A stretch of DNA of 64,000 nucleotides from Candidatus Woesearchaeota archaeon (GCA_038874655.1 JAVZBY010000003.1:140036-204035), one strand, 5' to 3'. Numbered from the stretch's first letter, positions 1 through 11,063 are shown. The notes: a model not told the origin generated them from the sequence alone. Numbers and translations: made by a program.

Positions 1-504
1 ATAGCATTTGCAGTTTTACAAAAAAGCATGATTTTAGGCCCAAACTCTAAAAAATTCAATACAATTGTTGCTTTTGTTATAGGTATGGCATCTGTAATGC
101 CACATATTGTTGGTAGAGGCCCTGATGTTGTGCCTATTATTAATAGTGCTTTGCCTAATGTTTCTGTTTTAATGATTGCTTCTATGATGGTTTTATTAAT
201 GATAGGTGTATTTGGTAATAATGTTAATGTTGCAGGCACACCCTTAGTAGGAATTGTTGTTTTATTCTCTGCAATAAGTGTTGGCTATACCTTTATAGCT
301 GCTGCTGGCGGCTTGCCAATGATTCCTTTTTTAAATGATCCTGAAACATTGCAATTATTAGTTGCTATTTTAGTATTTGGAATAATAGTATGGTTTATAA
401 CAAAAGAAGAAAATGTTCCACAACACAAAAAAACATTTAAGGAACACTTAAATGATTGGTTTGGCGGAATGTATGGTGGTGGAAGCCAAGGAGGTCATCA
501 TTAA
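1..504 (+). CDS. Multi-pass membrane protein of unknown function, 5' end outside window
   Basis: Frame 1 is open from base 1 (IAFAVLQKSMILG...), so the ORF-track start at 28 is internal; about 4 hydrophobic segments; resembles the next gene. Confidence 0.75.
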   Translation: MAFAVLQKSMILGPNSKKFNTIVAFVIGMASVMPHIVGRGPDVVPIINSALPNVSVLMIASMMVLLMIGVFGNNVNVAGTPLVGIVVLFSAISVGYTFIAAAGGLPMIPFLNDPETLQLLVAILVFGIIVWFITKEENVPQHKKTFKEHLNDWFGGMYGGGSQGGHH

Positions 505-1064
505 TGGCATCCTTATTAGATATATCATTATTGAATTATTTTTCAAATGTATTTGTTATTCTATTTGTTTTTGCAGCAACTTATGCTGTATTAATGTTTA
601 AAAACCCATTTCAAATATCAGAAGAAAAAAAATACATTAATTCTGTAATTGCAATTACATTAGCATTAATGATGATATTCTCTCAAGACGCAATTGAAAT
701 TATAAAAAACACAATTCCTTGGTATATTATTATGCTTATTTCATTGTTATTTGTAATTATAATTGCCAGTGCATTTAATACCTCAATTCCAAGTTCATTA
801 TCAAGCTCAATGGGCACCTATATTTTAGTAATCGCTATAATAATCTTATTAATTAATGTTGCCAACAAAATAGGACAACAAGCAGGGCCTTATTTATCAG
901 GAAACGCTAATCCTGATGTTGTTGTTCCAAATGGAGAAGGAGATGTTGCCTCAAATAGCTTTACTCAAAACTTTGGCGCTACTCTATTTCATCCAAAAGT
1001 TTTAGCAATGATTTTAGTTTTAATTATTTCTTTATTTGCTGTTCTTTGGATAGGATATAAATAA
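504..1064 (+). CDS. Multi-pass membrane protein of unknown function (probable paralog of preceding gene)
   Basis: Start moved to ATG 504: TAATG stop/start overlap and SD-like AGGAGGT at 489-495; about 5 TM segments. Confidence 0.75.
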   Translation: MASLLDISLLNYFSNVFVILFVFAATYAVLMFKNPFQISEEKKYINSVIAITLALMMIFSQDAIEIIKNTIPWYIIMLISLLFVIIIASAFNTSIPSSLSSSMGTYILVIAIIILLINVANKIGQQAGPYLSGNANPDVVVPNGEGDVASNSFTQNFGATLFHPKVLAMILVLIISLFAVLWIGYK

Positions 1065-1100
1065 AAAAATCAAACAAAAGAAAAATTAAAAAAATTTAAT

Positions 1101-2849
1101 TTAAACTTTATCAAAATAGCTTGGTAATGTGGTTGATCCTAAAAAATTAACAATTACTCCTCCATAAGCACAATGATTTAAATTAGTATTAGGAACATAA
1201 ATACCTTTTATCTTTATTTTATTATGTTCTATTTTATATAAACTTTTTTTATTAATATTACCCTCTTTAATAGTATAAGGAAGAACAAAACAAGAATCTC
1301 CACTACTACAATAGGATACAACAGAAATTAAAAGTGTTTTTTCCTCTGCTATACACAAATTTCCTGGTTCATAAGGTATGCTTAAAAGATAATCCTCTCC
1401 TTCTGCTTTTCCACCTACACATCTAGAATCACAATATCCGTCATTTTTTTCTAGGTTATCATTTTCAATATATCTACATTCACAAAATCCCTCTCTAATA
1501 GGCATACAAACATTACTTGAACCGCAATATTCACCATACTTTTTATTACTACACATTTTTATAGAATCTATTTCTCCTGATAAAATTTTTATTGTTTCAG
1601 GATCATAAGCTAAATTTTTTGAAACATCTTCTATTAAATTTGAATCTAGACATAATCTATTTTCAAAATTATAATAAGGATTATAATATCTCCCATTCTC
1701 TACACATTTATCATGAATACTTTTTAACATTTCATCACACTTTATAAATTCTTTATTAATATCATTATTTTCATAATATCCATAAATCACATTATTCCTC
1801 TTATCAAAGTATTTTGGTTCATTTTTAGCTAAGAGAGTAGTATAAACTTTATTATTATCTAAATAATAACTAATTGCCCAATTATCTTTATCATTATCAC
1901 ATAAACAATTACCTTCACTTTCACATAACTCATTAAAATAATACATTGGTTTAAATAACAAATCTGATTTTATTATTTTTAAAGTATTACAATCTGTCAA
2001 CGGAGATTTATAAGAAAAACCATCAATATTTGCAATAAGTCTTCCATTTTTATATTCAGTTTTTAAACCACGCCATAAATTCTTTTCTGAATCCCAAGTT
2101 GCAATTCTATAATTATTTATAGGCAAAGGTAAAGTTGTTTCATCAACATCATAAGAAAAAATAACTGGTTTTGAAAAAACAACTCCATCTGGCAATCCTT
2201 CATAGACTATATTACTATGTACTACCTTATTTTCAAATCCATTAAAGTTAGTATCATGAATCTTTATAGAAATTTTATCTACAGGATTTCCATTTTTATC
2301 TAGAATTTTTGTTCCTTTTGAAAACAACAAATCAACTTTACCATCTATAGATTTAATTACAATATCTCTATCGGTTATACCATTAGGTATTCTAACGAAA
2401 TTAGTTTTATCTATATTAACTATAAACTCTCTAAACTCTATTTTTTGATTTTCTTTTTTTAACTCAACAAAATAATTAACATCTAAAGTAATTGTTTCTT
2501 CATTTAATTGTACATTTATTTGTAAATCACCTTCTTGAACTTGATAATTTTTCTTTTCTACCTCTGAAAAAAGTTGTTCTGTGCATAATTTTGTTTTTTG
2601 CTTAACTTGATTTTTAAATAATTCTATATTATTTTCATCAATACCTGTTTTTTCTATTTCTGTTTTTGCTGCATCAGCAATACATAATTTAATCATTTCT
2701 TTAATATTACTTTCATAACTAAACTCAAAATAATTGCTCTTTGAAAAACCTAAATTTGTATTTTTATATAACATTAAAATTAAAAATAGTAAAACAATAA
2801 TTCCAACAATAAAAAAAATAGTAATCTGTGTTTTTTTGAGTTTAATCAT
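1101..2849 (-). CDS. Large pilin-like surface protein with class III-type signal peptide, ZU5/PGF-pre-PGF-like central domain and Cys-rich C-terminus
   Basis: N-terminus KKT|QITIFFIVGII; central PDGVVFSKPV...W..L.T...ANIDGFSY; many Cys in C-terminal half. Confidence 0.6.
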   Translation of the reverse strand: MIKLKKTQITIFFIVGIIVLLFLILMLYKNTNLGFSKSNYFEFSYESNIKEMIKLCIADAAKTEIEKTGIDENNIELFKNQVKQKTKLCTEQLFSEVEKKNYQVQEGDLQINVQLNEETITLDVNYFVELKKENQKIEFREFIVNIDKTNFVRIPNGITDRDIVIKSIDGKVDLLFSKGTKILDKNGNPVDKISIKIHDTNFNGFENKVVHSNIVYEGLPDGVVFSKPVIFSYDVDETTLPLPINNYRIATWDSEKNLWRGLKTEYKNGRLIANIDGFSYKSPLTDCNTLKIIKSDLLFKPMYYFNELCESEGNCLCDNDKDNWAISYYLDNNKVYTTLLAKNEPKYFDKRNNVIYGYYENNDINKEFIKCDEMLKSIHDKCVENGRYYNPYYNFENRLCLDSNLIEDVSKNLAYDPETIKILSGEIDSIKMCSNKKYGEYCGSSNVCMPIREGFCECRYIENDNLEKNDGYCDSRCVGGKAEGEDYLLSIPYEPGNLCIAEEKTLLISVVSYCSSGDSCFVLPYTIKEGNINKKSLYKIEHNKIKIKGIYVPNTNLNHCAYGGVIVNFLGSTTLPSYFDKV

Positions 2850-2871
2850 AAAAATTAATTGTCATAATTAG

Positions 2872-2879
2872 TATATAAA
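2872..2879 (-). promoter_or_regulatory. Probable TATA box for leaderless transcript of 1101..2849
   Basis: TTTATATA on minus strand 23-30 nt upstream of ATG 2849; same spacing recurs at 51248 and 51882. Confidence 0.45.
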
Positions 2880-3047
2880 TTTAATGCTCTAAAATTAATA
2901 ATTGATATTATTAATATGTTTAAATAAAATATAAAAACTATTTAACTAAAAATAAATCAAAGAAAAGAAAATAAAAAAATTTAAAAAAGGTATAACTATT
3001 ATTTTTTTATGATTTTAATCATTTAAAAATTTAAAAAATTTATTAAA

Positions 3048-6000
3048 ATGAAAAAAAAGATGATAAAAAAGAGGTTATATTTTTTCTTAATTCTTGTATC
3101 ATTTTTTTTATTTTTCTTTATTAATACTATACAATTTTCAAACTCACAAAGTTTAAATTATGAGAAAATCGGCAGATCTTATTTTAATTCTCCAAATTGC
3201 TATATCTATGAAGATAACTCTTTAAAAGATGGCGGCTGCTTATGCTATGAAAATAAAATAATGGGAACTGGTAATGAAGAGGATGGTTTATACTCAACAT
3301 GTAAATCTAGTAACATGGATATTACTCAAATAGAAACTTCTTCAAATGAATGTTCTAAAAATTGTGTTTCTGATCAATACTATATAAGACTTTGCGAATT
3401 TGATGGCAAAAACTTCAATTGTAAAATCTTAGAAAAATTAACAGATTTTCCTTCAATAAAAGAAATAGAACCAATCCTTGATGAAAATGGAAATAAAAAA
3501 TGCTCTACTGATTTTTATAGAAATCCTGGGGAAAATAATTGCTATAAATACTATTTAGACCCAGAGAAAGAATTATGCGAATTACAAGAAACTAGTGAAT
3601 TAGAAAAGTGTAATTGTTTAGATGTTAATACTGTAAATTGTGGTTTTGATGAATTATTAAAATATTGTTGCAAAAAAGAAGAATTCAAAAATGACCCTAG
3701 ATGTAATTGTAATATATTAAGTATTGAAATCAAAGGTAATGAAATTACTTGTCAAGAAAGTTATAAAAGGCCTAAAAAAAATTCATTAAACTGTGAAAAA
3801 TTAACAAAAAAAGATAATTCATGCGTATATTTAGATGTAAATAATAAAGAGTGTTATGATTTTGAATTAAATAACCCTAATAAAAGAAATGGCGATTTAA
3901 ATTGCTTATCTGATCAATTATACCAACTTTATAATGAAGAATGTAAAAATTGTGAAAGCAAATTTATATATGATGTTGAAGAACATAAATGTTATTATAA
4001 ATCACCTGAAACATTTTGTACAGAAAAAGAAGTTTATATATGCAATTGTATAGATTTACTAAAAGAAAATGAAAAAACCTGTGATAATCCTTTTTATCAA
4101 ATCTGCAATTTAGAATGTAAAAATAATGAGCAAAAAAGATGTACAAAAGGTTATTATAGAGATTCATTTAATTCTGATAAATGTTTTATTCAAAAATTAG
4201 AAAACAATATTTGCATAGAAACTCAAGTAGATCCATTAAATTGTTTAGGAATTGATGGTTCTAATTCATGTGTTAATGATAAAATAAAACAAATGACTGA
4301 CGATTGCAATAAAAATTGCTCTGGAATAACTTATTTAAGATCAAAACATAATTCTAATGATTGTTTTGTTAAATCTCCTGATACAGATTGTGAAAAAAAA
4401 GAAACTGATTTAGAAAATTGTTTAGGTATAATGGGATCTAATAATTGTGAAAGTGATCCTATTTATAATAGGTATGGTAATTGTGAAAGACAAGATTCTG
4501 ACAATGATGGCATAGATGATAAATTTGAAAAAAAAGAATGTTTAAACACAAAAAATAACGAGCCTGTAAATAATGATGGCTGTTCTTGTTCTCAAATTAA
4601 TTGTGATGATAATAATCCCTGTACTGATGATTATTGCGAAAATGGTAGATGCATATACAAGTATAACAATAACCCTTGTGGAGAATTTAGAAAATGTCCC
4701 TCCAGTCAATGTGAAAGCAAATATCCTTATGAAAGATGGATTGAATATCCAGAAAGTGGAAAAGATTATTGCTCAGAAGGTAAATGCTTAACTTATAGCT
4801 GTGAAATAAAAAGCATAAAATACTCTAAATATTGTGATCCTGACGATGATGATGACAATGATCCAGATATAACTGATCCATATCCTGAAGATCCTTCTAG
4901 AAACACAGAATCAGAAAAAGAAAAACAAATAATTTGTGAAAAAAATGCCCCAAACTGTGAATTAAATCTTGGGATTTGTAAAGATTCTAAAAAACAATGT
5001 ATAAATAATGAATGGCTAACTTGTGACAAAAACAATTATGGCGAAAATTATGTGCTTGAAGAAGATAATAATCTTTGCGACGGATTAGATAATGATTGTG
5101 ATGGCACAATTGATGAGAATTGTGAATGTATAAACAATGAAATAAAAGAATGTGGCATAAATATTGGAATTTGTAAAAAAGGCATACAAAAATGTATTAA
5201 TGGCAAATGGAGCACTTGTGAAAATGCTATATTTCCAAAAAATGAAACATGTAATAATTTAGATGATGATTGTGATGGTTTAACTGATGAAGATATTTAC
5301 AATTCTGGTGATTACACCTTAAAAGAAGAATGCTTCATAAACCTATGTAAAGGTGTAAAAAAATGCAATTCTAATTGTGAATTATTTGAAGATAACGATA
5401 AAGATAATTATTGTACTACAATAGATAATTGCCCTGAAATTTCAAACACAGATCAGATAGATAGTGATGGTGATTTTATTGGTGATGCTTGTGATGTTTG
5501 TCCATTTGATCCTTTAAATGACATTGATAATGATGGTATTTGTAGTAATACAGATAATTGTCCAACTCTTTATAACCAAAATCAACAAGATTCTGATAAT
5601 GATAACATTGGTGATGCTTGTGATGTTTGTCCAAATGACCAATTAAATGATATTGATAACGATGGTATTTGCAGTAATACAGATAATTGTCCTTTAAAAT
5701 ACAATCCTGAACAAATGGATTGTGATAATAACGGTATTGGTGATATTTGTGATTTAAACTCTCTTTGTGTTATTGATAGTGATAATGACGGAATAAAAGA
5801 TAATAAAGATAATTGTCCTTATATATCAAATTCAGAACAAACAGATTCTGATAAAGATAATATCGGTGATGCTTGTGATGTTTGTCCATTTGATTCTTTA
5901 AATGATATTGATAAAGATGGTGTTTGTGGGAACATTGATAATTGTCCAAACATATATAACCCCAATCAACAAGATTCTGATAAAGATAATATCGGTGATG

Positions 6001-7835
6001 CTTGTGATGTTTGTCCATTTGATTCTTTAAATGATATTGATAATGATGGTATTTGTGGGAATATTGATAATTGCCCTTATAGATTTAATCCTCAACAAAA
6101 TGACTGCAATAAAAATGATATTGGTGATGCTTGCGATACTAATTCAGAATGCTCAATTGACTCTGATAAAGATGGAATTTTAGATGTTTACGATAATTGT
6201 CCCAATATATATAATCCCGAACAAAAAGATGATGATAAAGATGGAATTGGAAATGAATGCGATTTATTTAAAAATGATTTCTTTAATGATAAAGATAAAG
6301 ACGGAATCTCTACTGAGATTGATAATTGTCCTTTTAATTATAATCCTGATCAAAAAGATTCAGATAATGATAAAAAAGGAGATGCTTGCGATATTTGTCC
6401 TTATGACCCATTAAACGATATTGATAGTGATGGTATATGTCATAATATACTAAATAATATATCTCTTGACAATTGTCCTTTTAAATATAATCCTGAACAA
6501 TTAGATTGTGATAAAAATGGAATTGGTGATGCTTGTGATTTAAACTCTAAATGTATAGGTGATATAGATTTAGATAATATATTAGACACAAAAGATAATT
6601 GTCCTTTTAATTATAATCCTGATCAATTAGACCAAGATGGTGATGGTATAGGTGATATTTGTGATATTTGTAAAAAAGATGCCTTTAATGATTTAGATAA
6701 AGATGGTGTTTGTGGAAATATCGATAATTGTCCAAATATATATAACCCAAATCAACAAGATTCTGATAATGATAACATTGGTGATGCTTGTGATATTTGC
6801 CCTTACGATCCATTCAATGATATTGACAAAGATTTAATATGTGGTAATTTAGATAATTGCTTAGAAACAAATAATCCTAAACAATTAGATTGCGATAAAA
6901 ATGGAATTGGTGATGCTTGTGATTTAAACTCAAATTGCGTTAAAGATTATGATAATGACAACATACTAGATTATTATGATAATTGTCCTGAAAGTTATAA
7001 TCCAAATCAATTAGACTCTGATAAAGATAATATTGGTGATGCTTGTGATGTTTGTCCATTTGATCCTTTAAATGACATTGATAATGATGGTATTTGTAGT
7101 AATACAGATAATTGTCCAACTCTTTATAACCCAAATCAACAAGATTCTGATAATGATAATATTGGTGATATCTGTGATCTTTGCCCAAATGATGAAAATA
7201 ATGATATTGATGAAGATACAATTTGTGGCAACTTAGATAATTGCCCTTTTATAAAAAATCCTGGTCAAGAGCTTTGTGATTCTATAAACACTCAACAAAT
7301 TATATTTGACAACAAATTAAAAATAAGATTAGATAACCTTTCAAGTTTAACAAAAAAAGGTGTATTCCTAAACATATCAAAAAATGAAGAGGAAAAATTA
7401 AAAAAATTAAAAGAAAACATAGAAATTGAAACAAAAGAATATTATATAGATAATAAAAAATTTACCAAATATAAAATAACAATTGACTCAAAAAATTTAA
7501 ATAATTTATATTACTATCAAAATATTCCAAAATGCTTAGCTGAGAAAGCAGAAAATCTATATTTTAATGGAAAGAATTATCGTATCATTGAAAATGATCC
7601 TCTAATTGCATGGCAATATTCTAACACTCTAGATAAAGTTGAAATTACCTATGACATTGAAGGAAGTATCTCTAAAGAATGTTTAGCACAATTAAAAGAT
7701 TATATTTATTCTTCAACAATTAAAAATGAAAACAAAAAAAATATTTTATACATAATAATACCTTTAATTTTAATTCCTTTAATAATTTTCATAGTTATTC
7801 TATTAGAAAAAATGCAAAAAACAGATAATAACTAA
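3048..7835 (+). CDS. Giant Cys-rich surface protein with thrombospondin type 3 (Ca-binding) repeats, MopE-like DNDCDG repeats and C-terminal TM anchor
   Basis: Signal peptide; CDDNNPCTDDYC; CDGLDNDCDGTIDE and CNNLDDDCDGLTDE; long array of DNCP..NP.Q.D.D.D.IGDACD; hydrophobic C-terminal segment ILYIIIPLILIPLIIFIVILL. Confidence 0.85.
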   Translation: MKKKMIKKRLYFFLILVSFFLFFFINTIQFSNSQSLNYEKIGRSYFNSPNCYIYEDNSLKDGGCLCYENKIMGTGNEEDGLYSTCKSSNMDITQIETSSNECSKNCVSDQYYIRLCEFDGKNFNCKILEKLTDFPSIKEIEPILDENGNKKCSTDFYRNPGENNCYKYYLDPEKELCELQETSELEKCNCLDVNTVNCGFDELLKYCCKKEEFKNDPRCNCNILSIEIKGNEITCQESYKRPKKNSLNCEKLTKKDNSCVYLDVNNKECYDFELNNPNKRNGDLNCLSDQLYQLYNEECKNCESKFIYDVEEHKCYYKSPETFCTEKEVYICNCIDLLKENEKTCDNPFYQICNLECKNNEQKRCTKGYYRDSFNSDKCFIQKLENNICIETQVDPLNCLGIDGSNSCVNDKIKQMTDDCNKNCSGITYLRSKHNSNDCFVKSPDTDCEKKETDLENCLGIMGSNNCESDPIYNRYGNCERQDSDNDGIDDKFEKKECLNTKNNEPVNNDGCSCSQINCDDNNPCTDDYCENGRCIYKYNNNPCGEFRKCPSSQCESKYPYERWIEYPESGKDYCSEGKCLTYSCEIKSIKYSKYCDPDDDDDNDPDITDPYPEDPSRNTESEKEKQIICEKNAPNCELNLGICKDSKKQCINNEWLTCDKNNYGENYVLEEDNNLCDGLDNDCDGTIDENCECINNEIKECGINIGICKKGIQKCINGKWSTCENAIFPKNETCNNLDDDCDGLTDEDIYNSGDYTLKEECFINLCKGVKKCNSNCELFEDNDKDNYCTTIDNCPEISNTDQIDSDGDFIGDACDVCPFDPLNDIDNDGICSNTDNCPTLYNQNQQDSDNDNIGDACDVCPNDQLNDIDNDGICSNTDNCPLKYNPEQMDCDNNGIGDICDLNSLCVIDSDNDGIKDNKDNCPYISNSEQTDSDKDNIGDACDVCPFDSLNDIDKDGVCGNIDNCPNIYNPNQQDSDKDNIGDACDVCPFDSLNDIDNDGICGNIDNCPYRFNPQQNDCNKNDIGDACDTNSECSIDSDKDGILDVYDNCPNIYNPEQKDDDKDGIGNECDLFKNDFFNDKDKDGISTEIDNCPFNYNPDQKDSDNDKKGDACDICPYDPLNDIDSDGICHNILNNISLDNCPFKYNPEQLDCDKNGIGDACDLNSKCIGDIDLDNILDTKDNCPFNYNPDQLDQDGDGIGDICDICKKDAFNDLDKDGVCGNIDNCPNIYNPNQQDSDNDNIGDACDICPYDPFNDIDKDLICGNLDNCLETNNPKQLDCDKNGIGDACDLNSNCVKDYDNDNILDYYDNCPESYNPNQLDSDKDNIGDACDVCPFDPLNDIDNDGICSNTDNCPTLYNPNQQDSDNDNIGDICDLCPNDENNDIDEDTICGNLDNCPFIKNPGQELCDSINTQQIIFDNKLKIRLDNLSSLTKKGVFLNISKNEEEKLKKLKENIEIETKEYYIDNKKFTKYKITIDSKNLNNLYYYQNIPKCLAEKAENLYFNGKNYRIIENDPLIAWQYSNTLDKVEITYDIEGSISKECLAQLKDYIYSSTIKNENKKNILYIIIPLILIPLIIFIVILLEKMQKTDNN
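5390..7280 (+). repeat. Intragenic tandem repeat array, ~129-bp (43-aa) units encoding TSP3 repeats
   Basis: 72 bp identical at 5843-5914 and 5972-6043 (129-bp period); 101 bp identical at 5477-5577 and 7031-7131. Confidence 0.85.
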
Positions 7836-7873
7836 AAACATTAATTAAAATAATTTCTCTGAATGATTAATTA

Positions 7874-10351
7874 TTAATCAATAGAAACTCTAAGATTTTC
7901 ACTTATAATTATATCTCCTTTTCCAAAATCAATATTCTTTGCATAACAAACTGCTTGAATATCCTCCAAAACTAACTCTAATTTTTTTCTTAAATCCTCT
8001 TTACAATCAATTATCAAAGAAATTTCATCTTTTAATGACATTCTTTTTGAGGATTTATATTTTCTTACTTCGCTTAATATTAAAACAACAAGGTCTCCAA
8101 TAAGCTCTGACTCTTGATTAATAAAGTTTTCATTAAATTCTGGCCATTTTGTTAAATGAATGCTTAATTTTTCTTTACTATTATTTTGTCTATTACTAAA
8201 ATATTGATGATATATCTCTTCTGTTATAAAAGGCATTATAGGCGCAATTAATTTTAATATTGTTAACAAAGATTCATAAAGAGTAAATTTAGCCGATTCT
8301 AGTTCATATTCTTCATACTTATTTGAATTATACAATCTATCCTTCACTAATTCTAAATAATTATCACAAAAAACATTCCAAAAGAAAATTTCAATCTCTT
8401 GTTTTGCTTTTGAATATTCATAATTTTCAAAACTTTCTGTACAATTTTTTATAACCTTTTGTAATTTTGAGAGAAGCCATTTATCAATCTCGTTTAAATT
8501 ATCATAAACTATCTTTATTTTTTTAATATCAAAATCCTTTAAATGCATTATAACAAATTTACTTGCATTCCACAACTTTGTAATCATTTTCTTTCCTGTT
8601 ATTAAATCTTTTTCTTGGAAAGGCAAATCATCTCCTAATTTTGAACCAGCAGCCCAAAATCTTAAAGCATCTGCACTATATTTTTCAATCATTTCTTGAG
8701 GTGCTATAACATTACCCTTGCTTTTAGACATTTTTTTTCCATGTGGATCTAACGCCCAACCAGAAATCATTACATTTTTCCATGGATTTTTATTATAGTG
8801 CAATTGACTTTTAACTAAGGTATTAAACAACCAAAATGTTATAATATCATGTGCTTGTGGTCTTAAATCCATTGGAAATAATTTTTCATAATTTTTAGTT
8901 CCTTTAACTAATTCAATTGCTAAAATTGGTGTCAATGATGAAGTTGCCCATGTATCCAATACATCTTTTTCTGGAACAAACTCATTAGAATTACATTTTG
9001 GACATTCTTTTATTGGACAATCTGTCTCAATTGGATCTACAGGCAACATAGATTCATCTGCAACAACTTCATAATCACACTTTTTACAATACCACACTGG
9101 AAAAGGAACTCCAAAAAATCTTTGCCTAGAAATACACCAATCCCATTGTAAACCATCAATCCAATTAATTAATCTTGACTTCATAAAATCAGGATACCAT
9201 TTTAATTTCAAGCCATCTTTTTTAAACTCATCTTTTAAATCCAAATATTTAATAAACCATTGTTTTGTATTTAAAATTTCAATTGGCGTGCCACATCTCT
9301 CATGAACATTAACATTATGCTTTATTTGCTTTTGATTTACTAGTAATGCCTTTTCTTTTAAATCTTTAATAATTTCTTTTCTTGCTTCTGTTATGTTTAA
9401 ACCTTGATACTTTCCTGACAATTCAGTCATTTTTCCGTCTTTGGTTATAGAAATTCTTAAAGGTAAATTATATGCTTTAAACCATTCAATATCTGTTTGA
9501 TCTCCAAATGTACAACACATAACACAACCAGTTCCTTTTTCCATATTAACTCTTTCATCACTAAGAATTTGAACAACATGTTCAAATATTGGAACTTTTG
9601 CCTTTTTTCCAACATATTTCTTATATCTCTTATCATCTGGATGCACAAAAACAGCAACACAACTACTTAATAATTCAGGTCTTGTAGTTGCTATAATTAA
9701 ATCTTCAACTTCATTAAAGTTTTCATCAACAATCTTAAAAATAATATCATTAAAAGTGCTATCTAATTCTTTATCTTCTAATTCCACTTGTGCAATTGCT
9801 GTCTGACACTCTGGACACCATATTGTAGGACTTTCTTTTCTATACTCTCTACCTTTTTTATATAATTCAACAAACGACTTTTGACTTATTTTTCTACAAT
9901 GACCATTTATAGTTGAATAAAACAAACTAAAATCACAACTCATGCCTATATTTTTCCAATCTTGCACAAAATCAGGTCTTATTTCATTTAAGGTTTCTAA
10001 ACACAAATTTATAAAATCACTTCTTTTCATTTTGACTGCTTTAACATTCTTGATTTTCTCAATTAATCTCTCTGTAGCTAAACCATTATCATCAGTTCCA
10101 AATGGATAAAACACATTTTTTCCTTTCATTCTTTGATATCTTGCAATAAAATCTTGCTGTGAATAAGAAAAAGCATGTCCTAAATGCATTTTTCCAGAAA
10201 CAGTAGGTGGTGGCGTATCAATAACAAATAACTCTCTTGTATCATCATTAGCATCAAATCCATAGATTTTATTTTCTTCCCAGTATTTTTGCCATTTTTT
10301 TTCAGCTTCTTTTGGCTCATATGAATTTTTACTTTCTTGACTTTGTTCCAT
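7874..10351 (-). CDS. valS: Valine--tRNA ligase (archaeal type)
   Basis: IDTPPPTVSGKMHLGH (HIGH motif), ATTRPE, DWCISRQRFFG, KMSKSKGN; start could be 10351 or 10360. Confidence 0.97.
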   Translation of the reverse strand: MEQSQESKNSYEPKEAEKKWQKYWEENKIYGFDANDDTRELFVIDTPPPTVSGKMHLGHAFSYSQQDFIARYQRMKGKNVFYPFGTDDNGLATERLIEKIKNVKAVKMKRSDFINLCLETLNEIRPDFVQDWKNIGMSCDFSLFYSTINGHCRKISQKSFVELYKKGREYRKESPTIWCPECQTAIAQVELEDKELDSTFNDIIFKIVDENFNEVEDLIIATTRPELLSSCVAVFVHPDDKRYKKYVGKKAKVPIFEHVVQILSDERVNMEKGTGCVMCCTFGDQTDIEWFKAYNLPLRISITKDGKMTELSGKYQGLNITEARKEIIKDLKEKALLVNQKQIKHNVNVHERCGTPIEILNTKQWFIKYLDLKDEFKKDGLKLKWYPDFMKSRLINWIDGLQWDWCISRQRFFGVPFPVWYCKKCDYEVVADESMLPVDPIETDCPIKECPKCNSNEFVPEKDVLDTWATSSLTPILAIELVKGTKNYEKLFPMDLRPQAHDIITFWLFNTLVKSQLHYNKNPWKNVMISGWALDPHGKKMSKSKGNVIAPQEMIEKYSADALRFWAAGSKLGDDLPFQEKDLITGKKMITKLWNASKFVIMHLKDFDIKKIKIVYDNLNEIDKWLLSKLQKVIKNCTESFENYEYSKAKQEIEIFFWNVFCDNYLELVKDRLYNSNKYEEYELESAKFTLYESLLTILKLIAPIMPFITEEIYHQYFSNRQNNSKEKLSIHLTKWPEFNENFINQESELIGDLVVLILSEVRKYKSSKRMSLKDEISLIIDCKEDLRKKLELVLEDIQAVCYAKNIDFGKGDIIISENLRVSID

Positions 10352-10450
10352 AATAATCATCCTTTATAAATAAAATTATTTATTATGATTATAAAATTAT
10401 TTAAAAAAATAAAATAAAATTTATTAAAAAACTTTCTTTTTTTTATAAAA

Positions 10451-11014
10451 ATGAAATCTAATTTAGAAAAAATTTTTAAAAGAGTAAAAGAAAAAAAAAC
10501 CTTTTTTCTTATATTAATCATAATATTACTAATTTTTTTTATCTACTTAAATTTAATCAAACAAATACTCTTTTCTGCAATAATAATAGCAATAGCCTCA
10601 ATAACAAAAATATACCATAAATTTATAAAAACAACATTAAGCATTGACTTAATCTTTTTTTCTACACTATTAATATGTTTCGCCTACAAAAATTTTATTT
10701 TAAGCATAACTTTTTCTTTAATTGGATTAATAATTGCAGATTATTTAGCCCAAAAATTAAACCAAAACACATTAATAAGTGCCTTTACACTTATTTTAAC
10801 AATATTATTTTTTAATCTTTTAAATAGTTTAAAAATTGATATTATAATTATTGCTATATTTTTAATGCTATTATATGAGATTTTAGCCTCGTTTTTATAC
10901 AATCTAATTGGAAGTTCAAAGGATAAAATAGTATTATTTTTTATCTCACACTTTTTAACAAATTTATTTCTTATTTTAAATTATTTAAAACAAATCTTAG
11001 AATTAATCTCTTAA
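10451..11014 (+). CDS. Small multi-pass membrane protein, unknown function
   Basis: About 6 hydrophobic segments in 187 aa; size like an ECF S-component but no diagnostic motif seen. Confidence 0.6.
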   Translation: MKSNLEKIFKRVKEKKTFFLILIIILLIFFIYLNLIKQILFSAIIIAIASITKIYHKFIKTTLSIDLIFFSTLLICFAYKNFILSITFSLIGLIIADYLAQKLNQNTLISAFTLILTILFFNLLNSLKIDIIIIAIFLMLLYEILASFLYNLIGSSKDKIVLFFISHFLTNLFLILNYLKQILELIS

Positions 11015-11063
11015 TAATATAAAATAAAGACCTAAAAAATAAGAAATTAAAATTTTTAAAAAT

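Noticed and set aside
3551-7221. Short antisense/alternate-frame ORFs, including His-rich ones at 5770-6018 and 6940-7221
   Set aside because: Shadows of the Asp/Cys-rich repeat gene; His/Tyr richness follows from reverse-complemented GAT/TGT codons
5390-7280. Regularly spaced direct repeats suggesting a CRISPR array or DGR template/variable pair
   Set aside because: Repeats are in-frame coding units of the TSP3 protein with no unique spacers; differences are not confined to adenines; no cas or reverse transcriptase gene in the window
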